From Barthelona sp. PAP020 (Eukaryota): a DNA stretch of 36,685 nt. The stretch lies in contig JARQWU010000081.1 in NCBI GenBank assembly GCA_040182905.1, forward strand, positions 1-36,685. The letters are read 5' to 3'. Position 1 is the first letter of the stretch, and each line of letters starts with the position of its first letter. This document shows positions 1 through 9,518 of the stretch, piece after piece. The notes under the pieces were generated by a model, which saw only the letters and a list, made by a program, of their open reading frames with translations, had not been told where the DNA came from and did not search any database. The translations under genes were made by a program, and so were the position numbers.

Positions 1-1
1 T

Positions 2-121
2 TTATTATTGTCTTTGCATAACACGCATCATTTACTGGCATTTATGGACAAATTGAGAGCCAAGTTAAATGAATCTATTGAAGAATTTGAAGAGTTTGTT
101 TCTTTTTATCCCTATTGTTGA
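2..121 (+). CDS. 3' end of a queuine tRNA-ribosyltransferase (TGT family, QTRT1/QTRT2), truncated by the window start
   Basis: Frame 2 reads LLLSLHNTHHLLAFMDKLRAKLNESIEEFEEFVSFYPYC*, with TGA at 119-121. This matches the TGT C-terminal LLxxHNxxxxxxxxxxxR motif containing the Zn-ligand His. Not in the ORF track. Confidence 0.7.
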   Translation, partial: LLLSLHNTHHLLAFMDKLRAKLNESIEEFEEFVSFYPYC

Positions 122-429
122 GTGATAAATGTTTGGAAATACAATTTTTCCCAATAAATTTTTTTTATCTTTCCTTTTTGTTGTTTGAAATTGAAAATAA
201 TGTACCTTTTCCCCAATAAAGACTGAATATTCGCAAATGATTTGAATGAAAACATATTTATTAATTCAGATAATCTTTTTATTTTATTCCAAGCAGTAAC
301 GATCATTTATCAAAGCATCCACATTAAATGTAGTAAATGACAAAAAAGAACTGGCATGGTAGGAAAATATTTTATACACCTAAAGTTTAAAAAAAAAAGC
401 TATTGTTCTTATCATTTATTATCACAAAA

Positions 430-1251
430 TTATTTCTTTATTTTTCTTCTACAACCCAAAAATTTTTCTTTTCTTTCAGGATCTTCAACAATAAATTGAA
501 AAATGTTATTCCAAACATCTTCAATTTTTGCTTCCACCAATTTTGGTTTGCCTCTTTCCAACAACACCCTTTCTACACGAAATTCTTGTAAATATTGAGG
601 AATAGAAATGTCTGACCAATTGATAAAGAAAGATTTTGTGGAACTGAACAATCCACCAAGCATACCAACACCTCGATAATCTTCCAATTGCCAAGGCACA
701 GTATCTAGAAAAACAGAAACTAAATCTTCGTAATTATATGTTGCTGAATTACTTTCAAACTTTTGGAAGTTTCCAACAATTCTAAAAGACACATAATAAT
801 CATAATTTTCACGTTTCTTCATCTTTTCATCTTTAAAACGAGCAGGTAATATCTTTTCTATTCTTACAGTTGATGATTTAAATTCATTAGACGGTTCAAC
901 ATAAACACCTTTCAATAACAAAGATTCGATGTTAGATAAATTAACAAAAGCACCTTCACGACTTGGAATAACAATAATTGCCTTTTTAACATCTTTATTA
1001 GATCTTAATGTACCTAATGACTCCGATGCTGATTCACCTTTAGGATAAAATCTATCCATGGATTTAAATTTATTAATTTGTTCACTAAAAGGTCTCAATG
1101 ATTCTTTTATTCTTTGACCATTTATTTTTGAAATGTTTCTAAAATCTACATAAGGAATTTCATCATTTCTTATTTTAAATGTGTTTAATTCTTCTGTTGT
1201 GTAAGGAGTAGATGTTATATCGATTTCATCATTAGTAAATTCATCCGTCAT
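430..1251 (-). CDS. CDC73: Paf1 complex subunit Cdc73/parafibromin (C-terminal Ras-like domain)
   Basis: AIIVIPS...VNLSNIESLL..GVYVEP resembles PIIIIP...ITMLNAKDLL. LVSVFLDTVPWQL resembles VVAVFVQGPAWQF. The start was moved to the ATG at 1251 because the upstream in-frame stretch is T-rich and UTR-like. Confidence 0.8.
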   Translation of the reverse strand: MTDEFTNDEIDITSTPYTTEELNTFKIRNDEIPYVDFRNISKINGQRIKESLRPFSEQINKFKSMDRFYPKGESASESLGTLRSNKDVKKAIIVIPSREGAFVNLSNIESLLLKGVYVEPSNEFKSSTVRIEKILPARFKDEKMKKRENYDYYVSFRIVGNFQKFESNSATYNYEDLVSVFLDTVPWQLEDYRGVGMLGGLFSSTKSFFINWSDISIPQYLQEFRVERVLLERGKPKLVEAKIEDVWNNIFQFIVEDPERKEKFLGCRRKIKK

Positions 1252-1477
1252 TTGTTGATTTTTAATGATTATTTCAAAAAAATAGTAAATTAAAAAAAAA
1301 AATTCACTTTTTTGTGACAACATGGTTTATGAAATTGTGCATTAATGAACTGTTAATTCTTTAAAAAAATAAAAAAAAACAATTTATTTGTGCAAGATAT
1401 TATGAAACAAAAATAAAAAAAGAGACTACACAATAAATTTATTGATGACACATGTATACAAAGATGAAAAAAATTTA

Positions 1478-3289
1478 TCATTCAGGTAGAATTTGATGTA
1501 AATAATGTAATAACATTTCTAAATGCTTTTGATTTTCACTAACCATCAACTCATTTATTAAATTGTTCAATCTTTCATCAAATTCCAAATTGATGCCTTG
1601 TAGATTAATCAAATAACTATCCTTTGAAGATTTTTCTGTTGAAGTGATAAATTGATAAATACAACTTAGCAAGTCAGTCAAACAATATGAAGCTCTAGAA
1701 TTTTCATATAGAATTAAAGATTTTGTCAAAACAATGTTTATAAAGTCCAAAACTTTTTGATTTAAATGAAAATGATTTTTACAGTTGTTATTGATCTCAT
1801 ACATCAAGATCATATAATCTGGATTGATGATATCATCACCAATAAACCTAATTAAAGAAGTCAAAAAGCTTTCCATTTTAAATTTTAGGTAAAAAGCAGG
1901 CAAAACTTTATTATTTTTTTTAATCTCCAATTTCAAAGGATTGTATGTGCTTTTCAACTTATATAAGATAATTTTGAGATTTAAAAGATGTCTGAACATT
2001 TTATCAAACTTTCCAATAATTTCAGGTGTTAAAACTAAACTTAATGGAAAAGGGGGCTCATATTTGAGTGACACTTGCCAAAGATTCAGTTGACTTGGAA
2101 CAGGAATATCTGTAGCTGTTCTTTTTGCATCTCTTTTCATTATTGTCAAATTATCGACATATTGAGATTCAAAATCTCCCAGAATGATGACCCTTTGAAA
2201 GATCTCTTTAATATCTCTATCAATTTTACTTGAAGACAATCCATTCTTTAAAAAACGATCATATAACGTGATAAATTCATGCATAATATACCCACAAGAA
2301 TGTAAAAATGAAATTTTCAAAAAATTCAAATGTTTGATCAAAAGATCATTGGATATTATTATGCTATACATAATATCGCTACATCTGGCATGTACTTCTC
2401 CAATTGAAATTTCTAGCAGGTGTAGATCAATATTTTGTTCATATTTATTGGCATGAAAAAGAGAAATGACATCTTCAGAAAATTTTTCTTTTTCTAGCAA
2501 AAACAATCCTTTTGCTCTTCTAATTACATACACAACACTTCCAATGAACTTGATCTGTTCAATGACTTTTGAATCAATAAACGAGGGACAATTGTCCATT
2601 TTTATTTGCACTTGTTTCCATAATTTCAAGGCGTCTCCTTCTTTTTTTTCATTTCCATCATTCGCTTCCTCATTAATTTCTATTTTAATAAAAAATTCAC
2701 CATATGGATCAACAATATCTCCATAGGCTAACCAAGTGATGATCATTTTAAACAGTGGCTGAAAAGTTAATCGAAAAATTTTGTTAAAATCGGAAATAAT
2801 TAACGAATAATGACTATTTTGTTGAGTTTTAAAATATAAAAAGTTCAATAGAAAAATTCCATTCAAATCTTTTTCTTTAATTTCTTCTAACAGATTAACA
2901 ACAAATACAAACAATATTCGAAAATGATCAAGGCTGTTTTGAATTTTGGTCAACCAAAAATGGTTTTGATTACACAAAATTTCTTGTTCCAAGTTGTTCA
3001 AATGTTTATTATATGCTCTAATCAAATCATTTAATCCATTAACAAAGTGTAAAGTAATTAAACTTTGAGTTTTATTTTCAAATCGATGATAATTATAAAA
3101 ATCTCTAATAATTTTACAATTGCTTCCAATCTCCAATAAAGACAGCACTTGTTGTATTGATAACGGACTTAATCTATCTTTCCCAATTAAAGAATCTTCT
3201 AATAATATTAAATCTCCCTCAGTATCCTCGAGAATATATTTTCCTCCATATCCTAATAATCCTAAAAATAATTCATTAATAAATGGCAT
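1478..3289 (-). CDS. TUBGCP4: Gamma-tubulin complex component, GCP4-like (Spc97/Spc98 family)
   Basis: INELFLGLLGYGG resembles GCP4 IHELLLALSGYPG. WLAYGDIVDPYGEFFI and LKYEPPFPLSLVLT are GRIP motifs. About 600 aa with no N-terminal extension fits GCP4. The first ATG is at 3289. Confidence 0.85.
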   Translation of the reverse strand: MPFINELFLGLLGYGGKYILEDTEGDLILLEDSLIGKDRLSPLSIQQVLSLLEIGSNCKIIRDFYNYHRFENKTQSLITLHFVNGLNDLIRAYNKHLNNLEQEILCNQNHFWLTKIQNSLDHFRILFVFVVNLLEEIKEKDLNGIFLLNFLYFKTQQNSHYSLIISDFNKIFRLTFQPLFKMIITWLAYGDIVDPYGEFFIKIEINEEANDGNEKKEGDALKLWKQVQIKMDNCPSFIDSKVIEQIKFIGSVVYVIRRAKGLFLLEKEKFSEDVISLFHANKYEQNIDLHLLEISIGEVHARCSDIMYSIIISNDLLIKHLNFLKISFLHSCGYIMHEFITLYDRFLKNGLSSSKIDRDIKEIFQRVIILGDFESQYVDNLTIMKRDAKRTATDIPVPSQLNLWQVSLKYEPPFPLSLVLTPEIIGKFDKMFRHLLNLKIILYKLKSTYNPLKLEIKKNNKVLPAFYLKFKMESFLTSLIRFIGDDIINPDYMILMYEINNNCKNHFHLNQKVLDFINIVLTKSLILYENSRASYCLTDLLSCIYQFITSTEKSSKDSYLINLQGINLEFDERLNNLINELMVSENQKHLEMLLHYLHQILPE

Positions 3290-3401
3290 CAAGAAAAAAT
3301 ATATTGATCACTTTCAATATATTGACAAAAAATTGAAAAAAAAAGTTGGACTCGTTTCACTTCCATCTTTTCCATAATCGTTTTAATGATTTCATAATTT
3401 A

Positions 3402-4574
3402 ATGAAAGGTGTTCATCCAGATTTTACTCCTTTAGGAAGAAGAATTCCTTTGGGAAAAGTTCCTTCAAAACCCAAGATTCGTCTCGAAAAAGAAAAAACT
3501 TCCATTGAAAGATCTTCACTACCGACATATGTTCCTAGTAAAGGAAAACCGATATTATTTCAATCAAATGTATCTGTTAAACAACAAAGAGTAATGAATC
3601 GAAATGATTTAACTGTTATTAAACCTCAAACTGAAAGAAATTCTTTGTTATTAACACAAAATGAGAGTTCAATAAATCAAGAAAATAGGCGTTTGGAAAA
3701 TCAATCTGATAGAAATGACCGTATCGTATCCAAACATAATATTGTTTCAAATAATGAATTGATTACGTACATGACACCAAGAGCAGTTCAAAGAACACCA
3801 TTTAACAATATTAGTCCAAATAAAGAAGTGTTGAAATTATTAAACAATGATGAATTGCAGTTTTATAACAAAAGAAAAGAATATTTTACAGAAAATATGC
3901 CCAATTTAACCCCACCAATGCTAGAACAGATGTTAGAAAAGGAATTGAACAATCTTCGTGAACGTCGTATGATTCGTGCCTTAAAAAAGAAAGTTCATGA
4001 TGAGAATATTGACACTAATGTACCAAAAAGAAGCAGCCGAAGAAATAGAAATTTGGATAACAATGATTTGGCGGGATCCAAATTGGCGGGATTGTTTATG
4101 ATGTCTAAAGAACTGCAATCATTGCACAAACAAAATATTTCTTTAACTGAAGAGCAAAAGCTGAGAGCAAAAAATGCAGAAGAGTTGTCAAAACTTGAAG
4201 AAGAAAAGGAAGAGAATGAACAAATAGCTAAATATGAATTTTTGACCAATGTTTATGAAGAAAAAACTGAGGTTATTTATTGCCATGTTTGTAATAAAAA
4301 AGTTCCACCAAAAGTTGGTGAAATATGTTTTAAATTGGGTCATACAACCAAAATGTCCATAGGAATAAATCGCTGGTATATTTGTGATGATTGTGATAGG
4401 GTATTTTCTGTTGTTGGAAACGAATTGGACCAATCAACTGCTAGATGTCCTAAATGTCGTTCTTTAAAATTAACAAGAACTCATAAAGCTGCATATCTTA
4501 AACCAAAATTGTTTAAACCTGTTGATCTTCGTAAGTTAATGCAAGAAGAGTTCAGAAAAAACACATGGTTATAA
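3402..4574 (+). CDS. MCM10: Mcm10 C-terminal Zn-binding domain protein
   Basis: An acidic coiled coil is followed by CHVC...C..LGH...RWYICDDC...CPKC..LTR, the CCCH plus CCCC pattern of the Mcm10 C-terminal domain. The N-terminal 290 aa are low complexity. Confidence 0.65.
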   Translation: MKGVHPDFTPLGRRIPLGKVPSKPKIRLEKEKTSIERSSLPTYVPSKGKPILFQSNVSVKQQRVMNRNDLTVIKPQTERNSLLLTQNESSINQENRRLENQSDRNDRIVSKHNIVSNNELITYMTPRAVQRTPFNNISPNKEVLKLLNNDELQFYNKRKEYFTENMPNLTPPMLEQMLEKELNNLRERRMIRALKKKVHDENIDTNVPKRSSRRNRNLDNNDLAGSKLAGLFMMSKELQSLHKQNISLTEEQKLRAKNAEELSKLEEEKEENEQIAKYEFLTNVYEEKTEVIYCHVCNKKVPPKVGEICFKLGHTTKMSIGINRWYICDDCDRVFSVVGNELDQSTARCPKCRSLKLTRTHKAAYLKPKLFKPVDLRKLMQEEFRKNTWL

Positions 4575-4657
4575 AATTGGTTTTACAATTTTTTTTTTTA
4601 ATTCTAAAACATTTCACCTTGATATTTTGGAAATATATATAGTTAAATTGAGATGAA

Positions 4658-6970
4658 ATGTTAAAGATATATGTATTGATAACAATTTTTGAATTTTTAA
4701 TATTGATTCACTGCATGGATTCAATTGAACAAGACACAGAAGGATCAACTACAGCGAAATTAAATAATATTGTACATTTTTGTTATGCTCCTAATTTTTC
4801 TGAATTTGAATTAAGTGAAAATAACACAAATGTTTGTGAATTAAGTAAAAAGGGAGTTTATCAAGAATTTTTTTGTCAAATTCAAAATAATATGAAAGAA
4901 TTGTATTCTAGTTATGAGATAAAAGCCATTCTTTATGATACTGAATGTGATAATTTGTGGTTCAAAAATATTAATTTAAAATCTAATGAATATATAGCGC
5001 CAATACCATGTTGTAGTTATTATAATTTCATAAGTAAATGTGAATGTGACATTGATTCTAATTTGTATGATGAATATTTCACTCATTTCGTATTAGAATA
5101 TCATATTACCACTGAACAAAATAACACTAATTATTTTGAAAGTTTTGATAAAGTTTTTATTGAGAATAATACCATTGGCTTTAAATGTTTAAAAGAACGA
5201 TTAAATTTACAGAAGGTTAACTTTAGCATTGTAAATAATAGTGATTTTACTAGTATAAGCATCAATAAAGTTACATATGAAGTTCCGAGGGAAAACATTG
5301 TCTTTCAAAGATTCTATGTGAAAATTTTGGGTTCAAAAATTCAAAATGTCAGTATCTTTGAAAATTTAGACCCTAAACTTTTAATTGACATCTCAAATAT
5401 AGCTACACAATATGTTGATGCAATTAATATTTTTCGAAATCCAAAACTTTTACAAATTTTTATTTTGGTTTTATTCATTTTTATCATTTTTGGGATTATT
5501 TCCATCTTTCATCATGTTCAATATTCAAAAAATAACCGATCGTTGGGATCCTTAATTGCAACAATTGTAAATCAATCAGTAATAGGCGTATTAACAGTTG
5601 ATTCTAAAGAAATTATCACATTTTCGAATGAAAAAGCTCGAGAATTATTGGATTTGGATAAATATCAGACCAATTTAACCTTAGATGACGTTTTTGGATT
5701 TGATGAGGCAAGCAACCAAAGGATAAAAGATTATCTAGAATTAACTCGTTTTAGTGTTGCTCAAAACGAATTGAGGATAGACATAAAGAGGGGTAATTGG
5801 AAAAAGAATAGATCTAATTTAAATAATGATGACGAATCTTCAATTCCCTTTTCTCCAACTTCCAGAAGTTTCAGCTATTATAGTTATAATACTCCCACTA
5901 TTATATATGATTTGGTTATTGTACCATTGGGAACCACTGTTGATTCATCAGGATTATTCATCTTTATAAAGGACAAATGTATTAAAGATAAACTACAAAA
6001 ATTAGAAAAAAAAATTGACGTACTAAAGGATGCTTTGGCATATTCGGATGATTCAGTGAATAAAATTAAAGATCATTTATACGTACTGACAATGGGAACT
6101 GAATTAGCGTTAAAAACTATCAGTGAAATAAATTTTGGAGAAAATGAAATGATAAACATGATTAATTCAAGTATGCTTTCTTTAAAAGCTACTGATCAAA
6201 GTCATTCAAAATTTAACTCCTCTTTTTTAAACACTAACAATGATTATGAGATCAATTCAAACAACATACCTTTATTATATGATGTTCTAATGAGTTGCAG
6301 TAGTTTGACCAAAAATATTCGAAATTCTATAAATTTATGCTATGAAATAGAAAATGTTTGTTCAATCTTTTCAGGAATAGAATATTTTGATATCAAACCT
6401 CAAAATTTGAATATCTTTAAATTCTTTAGAGACATTCGTGATGACGTTTACAAAAATTCAACCATTATGTTCACCTTAACTTCAGATAGTGAAAGAAATC
6501 AAATTTGTGCAAACGAAATGCTGTTTAAATTGAACTTTTCCAACTTTTTCAATTATTTAGCTGATAAGTTGAAAAATTTTTGTGATAAGGAAGATTTGTT
6601 CTTCTCAGTTAGATTAGATGGTGAAGACGAAAATAATTTATCCATAATTATTCAAAAAACAACAGTTCCTTCAGATAGATTGGATTGTAAAAATTTGAGA
6701 GATTATATTCAAGCTTGTAATAACGTTGTAATTTCAAAAGATCAATGTCAAAACAATATTTCTGAAATTTGTCCTTTGGTTCAAATTAATTTTCCAAAAA
6801 ATTTTTCAAAGAATATCAAACAGTTAACGTCTACCGCATTTAGAAATGAAATTTTTATTCCATTTCCTATTATTGGTTTAATCATGTTATTAGATTGTGT
6901 TAAAGGTTCAATATCAATGGCAGTTTTGGATACAGAGACATATTTGACAATTAAAATTCCTTATTCATGA
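4658..6970 (+). CDS. Single-pass membrane receptor with PAS domain and degenerate histidine-kinase (HisKA/HATPase-like) region
   Basis: Signal peptide, Cys-rich ectodomain, a transmembrane helix (LLQIFILVLFIFIIFGIISIF), a PAS start (IGVLTVDSKEIITFSNEKARELL), a coiled coil, then remnants of the H-box, N-box and terminal strands of a histidine kinase. Confidence 0.6.
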   Translation: MLKIYVLITIFEFLILIHCMDSIEQDTEGSTTAKLNNIVHFCYAPNFSEFELSENNTNVCELSKKGVYQEFFCQIQNNMKELYSSYEIKAILYDTECDNLWFKNINLKSNEYIAPIPCCSYYNFISKCECDIDSNLYDEYFTHFVLEYHITTEQNNTNYFESFDKVFIENNTIGFKCLKERLNLQKVNFSIVNNSDFTSISINKVTYEVPRENIVFQRFYVKILGSKIQNVSIFENLDPKLLIDISNIATQYVDAINIFRNPKLLQIFILVLFIFIIFGIISIFHHVQYSKNNRSLGSLIATIVNQSVIGVLTVDSKEIITFSNEKARELLDLDKYQTNLTLDDVFGFDEASNQRIKDYLELTRFSVAQNELRIDIKRGNWKKNRSNLNNDDESSIPFSPTSRSFSYYSYNTPTIIYDLVIVPLGTTVDSSGLFIFIKDKCIKDKLQKLEKKIDVLKDALAYSDDSVNKIKDHLYVLTMGTELALKTISEINFGENEMINMINSSMLSLKATDQSHSKFNSSFLNTNNDYEINSNNIPLLYDVLMSCSSLTKNIRNSINLCYEIENVCSIFSGIEYFDIKPQNLNIFKFFRDIRDDVYKNSTIMFTLTSDSERNQICANEMLFKLNFSNFFNYLADKLKNFCDKEDLFFSVRLDGEDENNLSIIIQKTTVPSDRLDCKNLRDYIQACNNVVISKDQCQNNISEICPLVQINFPKNFSKNIKQLTSTAFRNEIFIPFPIIGLIMLLDCVKGSISMAVLDTETYLTIKIPYS

Positions 6971-7184
6971 TAATACCATTTTTCTTCAGTAATTTATCAC
7001 GAAATATTTTCAAATAAATGTAATTTCATTTTTATTTTCAAATGTAAACAGTGCTGTGGAATTTGTTTTAATTTCAACAAGTTATTTTACTGATTTTAAT
7101 TTCATCACAGTGATTAGAATATTATTTGAGATGAGTGCAAGTAATTTATTGGAAGATTTTTTTTTTTTTTGACAATTGATATCA

Positions 7185-8033
7185 ATGAGTGATAACCAAT
7201 TTCAAAATTATACACCTCCTAATGTTCATCCTAAAGAACACAGTTTTTTACCAAAAGAACTTACAGAAATATACAAACGTACTCATCGCAATTATGAAGT
7301 CGGTGAAAGAATACGAGGATCTACTACTGAAGAAGAATTGACTAATTTTGGTTTTAACCCCAAAAATTTCACTTTTGGTTGTAGAAATGACACACCACCT
7401 CAAAAAACAGGAATAACCGTGTTACCAAACGAAAATATTGAATCGGTTGCCCCAATAGCCACGAAAAATTATTCTAAAGATTTTGAAATTGGTAAACCAA
7501 TTCAAAGAAATCCAGAATTAAAAGGTGTTGAAAATCTAATTCATGGAATGCAAAAGAACGTTGAGGATGAAAGTGTTGCTAGTTGTGTTGACAATGGAGA
7601 ACTTTTTATTACTAGACAAGAGTACAATGAATTAAAAGACACCAGAAAACCTTCAAATAAATTTAATGAAACTGTTTTTGGAATGGCTTCAACAACATCT
7701 ACCCGAAAAGCACCGGAAATTCGCCCTTTGGGAGATATTACCCCTTATGCTGATGAACCTTCTTGTGAAGCTTTAACAAAACCTGGTGATTATTCAGAGT
7801 ATGGACTTTTAGATGATGATTTAATGAATGCTTTACCTAAAGAACAGTTATATGATGCATTTGTAAATTCTGGGGCTGTAAAGGAAGATTTGATGGATGT
7901 ATTGTATCAAAGAGCTACTAGTCTCATTTCTTCTGGTGATGTATCAATTAAACTACTGTTGGAAGTTCTTAAAGAATATCGTATTAATGAAGATCGTAGC
8001 AAAAAAGGTTTAGCACCAATTAGTTTTTTTTAA
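7185..8033 (+). CDS. EFHB: EFHB/CFAP21-like axonemal protein (short form, no clear EF-hands)
   Basis: IYKRTHRNYEVGE...FTFG and DITPYADE...LTKP..YSEYGL...KEQL...GDVS resemble conserved EFHB blocks. The first ATG is at 7185. Confidence 0.6.
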   Translation: MSDNQFQNYTPPNVHPKEHSFLPKELTEIYKRTHRNYEVGERIRGSTTEEELTNFGFNPKNFTFGCRNDTPPQKTGITVLPNENIESVAPIATKNYSKDFEIGKPIQRNPELKGVENLIHGMQKNVEDESVASCVDNGELFITRQEYNELKDTRKPSNKFNETVFGMASTTSTRKAPEIRPLGDITPYADEPSCEALTKPGDYSEYGLLDDDLMNALPKEQLYDAFVNSGAVKEDLMDVLYQRATSLISSGDVSIKLLLEVLKEYRINEDRSKKGLAPISFF

Positions 8034-8112
8034 AAACCATTCACACAGAAAGAACTGTGTTTCATTTGTATAAAATTATTTTTTTTTTGTAATCTTTTGT
8101 TTTTGACTGCTA

Positions 8113-8214
8113 AATGAGATGATAGCTCATTGAACATCATTTTAATAATCTGTGATATTGCATCTTTGAAAAGGTGTATCAGGATGCTGGATTGTTTTTC
8201 AATATTCATCATAA
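8113..8214 (-). ncRNA. Candidate box C/D snoRNA
   Basis: On the minus strand: ATGATGA (8212-8206), AACAATCCAGCA (complementary to LSU rRNA UGUUGGAUUGUU), CTGA (8182-8179), ATGATGT (8140-8134), AATGAGCTATC (complementary to SSU GAU(A/G)GCUCAUU), then a non-canonical CTCA. Confidence 0.35.
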
Positions 8215-8311
8215 CTTCAATTATGAAGAACATTACCACAAAAATCAGCGTTAACATAAGTTTTTAGAACCAATGTTAAAAGGAAAAGCAAAATAAAAAA
8301 ACAAAAAACAA

Positions 8312-9436
8312 TCAAATTTTTACAAAGGTGCTTTTGCCAAAAAAACCTCCCTTATTGTATTGAAAAGCTTTATGAAGATCCTGACAATGAAGTGTTGCTT
8401 CAGAAATATTCTTATGATGCCATTTACCAACGTCTTTTTTACCATTTGAATATTGCAAAATAATACGTTCTTCTGTATACAAATATTTAGCATCAGAAGG
8501 AATTTCGGGAAATAGTTTCAAATAGGTAGAACAATCAGTTTTTACAACTCTGGACTTTTGTTTTTTTTCAACAACATATTTATATTCGATAATGGTTCTT
8601 GGGATAGTTTCATAAACAGGTTCATCCTTACAAACAGTTTTTTTTTCCAATTTATAATCTTTTTTGTAAATGTCACGTGTTGTAACAGAACCATCATCAT
8701 TTGTAATTTTAACAGTATGGTCATAAACTTCAACGGGAACTTTTTGTGTAGTCTCATGACATTTTTTTTGAGAAGACGTTTGAATAGTATCCATTGTAAC
8801 TGAAGTTCTTTTGTCAATTATTGTCGCTCCCATTGGAGGGTTTCTACTCCATTCAAAAGCTTTCACATTATAGAAAGAACGTTTTTCGATGATAATTTCG
8901 TTTAAAGTTACAATGTTCCTATTTTTACTGTTAAACTTTTTTTCATAACTGGAAGATTGCATGTTTGGTTCAGTAGTAGTACTTGGTGAACTAAGATGAT
9001 TTAGCCCAATAATAAGGCATATAATCGCAATTAGTATATAAATACATTTCTTTGATGAATGTTTCTTTGTGTTAACAATGGTTTCATTAGGTCCTCCATT
9101 TGTTTCAATTAAAGGTTCATTTTCTTCCTCCAAAATATTTTCATTATTCAATGTTGCGTCATAAAAATCGTTTGGAGCTTGAACAGGATTATTTTGATAA
9201 TAATTCGAACTTTGATTCTCAAAAGATGGCACATCATATACTTCATCTGTTTGAGGATAATATACAGGACGTTCATAGGTATGTTTAGATGTTTTATCAT
9301 GTTTAACATAATGAATTTCATCTTTTCCTACCCTTTCAATTTCATCACTTTTTTTAACATCATTTCTTTGTTCAGTTCCACCAACACGACGAGATCCAAT
9401 TTTATTAGGATCTACGTACACTTCGACACGGGGCAT
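8312..9436 (-). CDS. Type II membrane protein with a beta-rich C-terminal ectodomain (paralog of 11826-13046)
   Basis: Acidic, disordered N-terminus, one transmembrane helix (CIYILIAIICLIIGL), then a beta-rich domain with W..PPMGA, C..EPVY and FPEIP. The start ATG at 9436 follows a T-tract. Confidence 0.75.
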   Translation of the reverse strand: MPRVEVYVDPNKIGSRRVGGTEQRNDVKKSDEIERVGKDEIHYVKHDKTSKHTYERPVYYPQTDEVYDVPSFENQSSNYYQNNPVQAPNDFYDATLNNENILEEENEPLIETNGGPNETIVNTKKHSSKKCIYILIAIICLIIGLNHLSSPSTTTEPNMQSSSYEKKFNSKNRNIVTLNEIIIEKRSFYNVKAFEWSRNPPMGATIIDKRTSVTMDTIQTSSQKKCHETTQKVPVEVYDHTVKITNDDGSVTTRDIYKKDYKLEKKTVCKDEPVYETIPRTIIEYKYVVEKKQKSRVVKTDCSTYLKLFPEIPSDAKYLYTEERIILQYSNGKKDVGKWHHKNISEATLHCQDLHKAFQYNKGGFFGKSTFVKI

Positions 9437-9518
9437 TAAAAAAAAATAATGGTTTATTAAAAGTGCTGCGATTTTCCAAGACGTTTCAAAAGTTTTTTCC
9501 CTTCCATAAAAAAACAGT

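Noticed and set aside
8030..8257. 75-aa minus-strand ORF
   Set aside because: It has no recognisable motif, runs through an A-tract and overlaps a snoRNA candidate. It is not supported, though not excluded.
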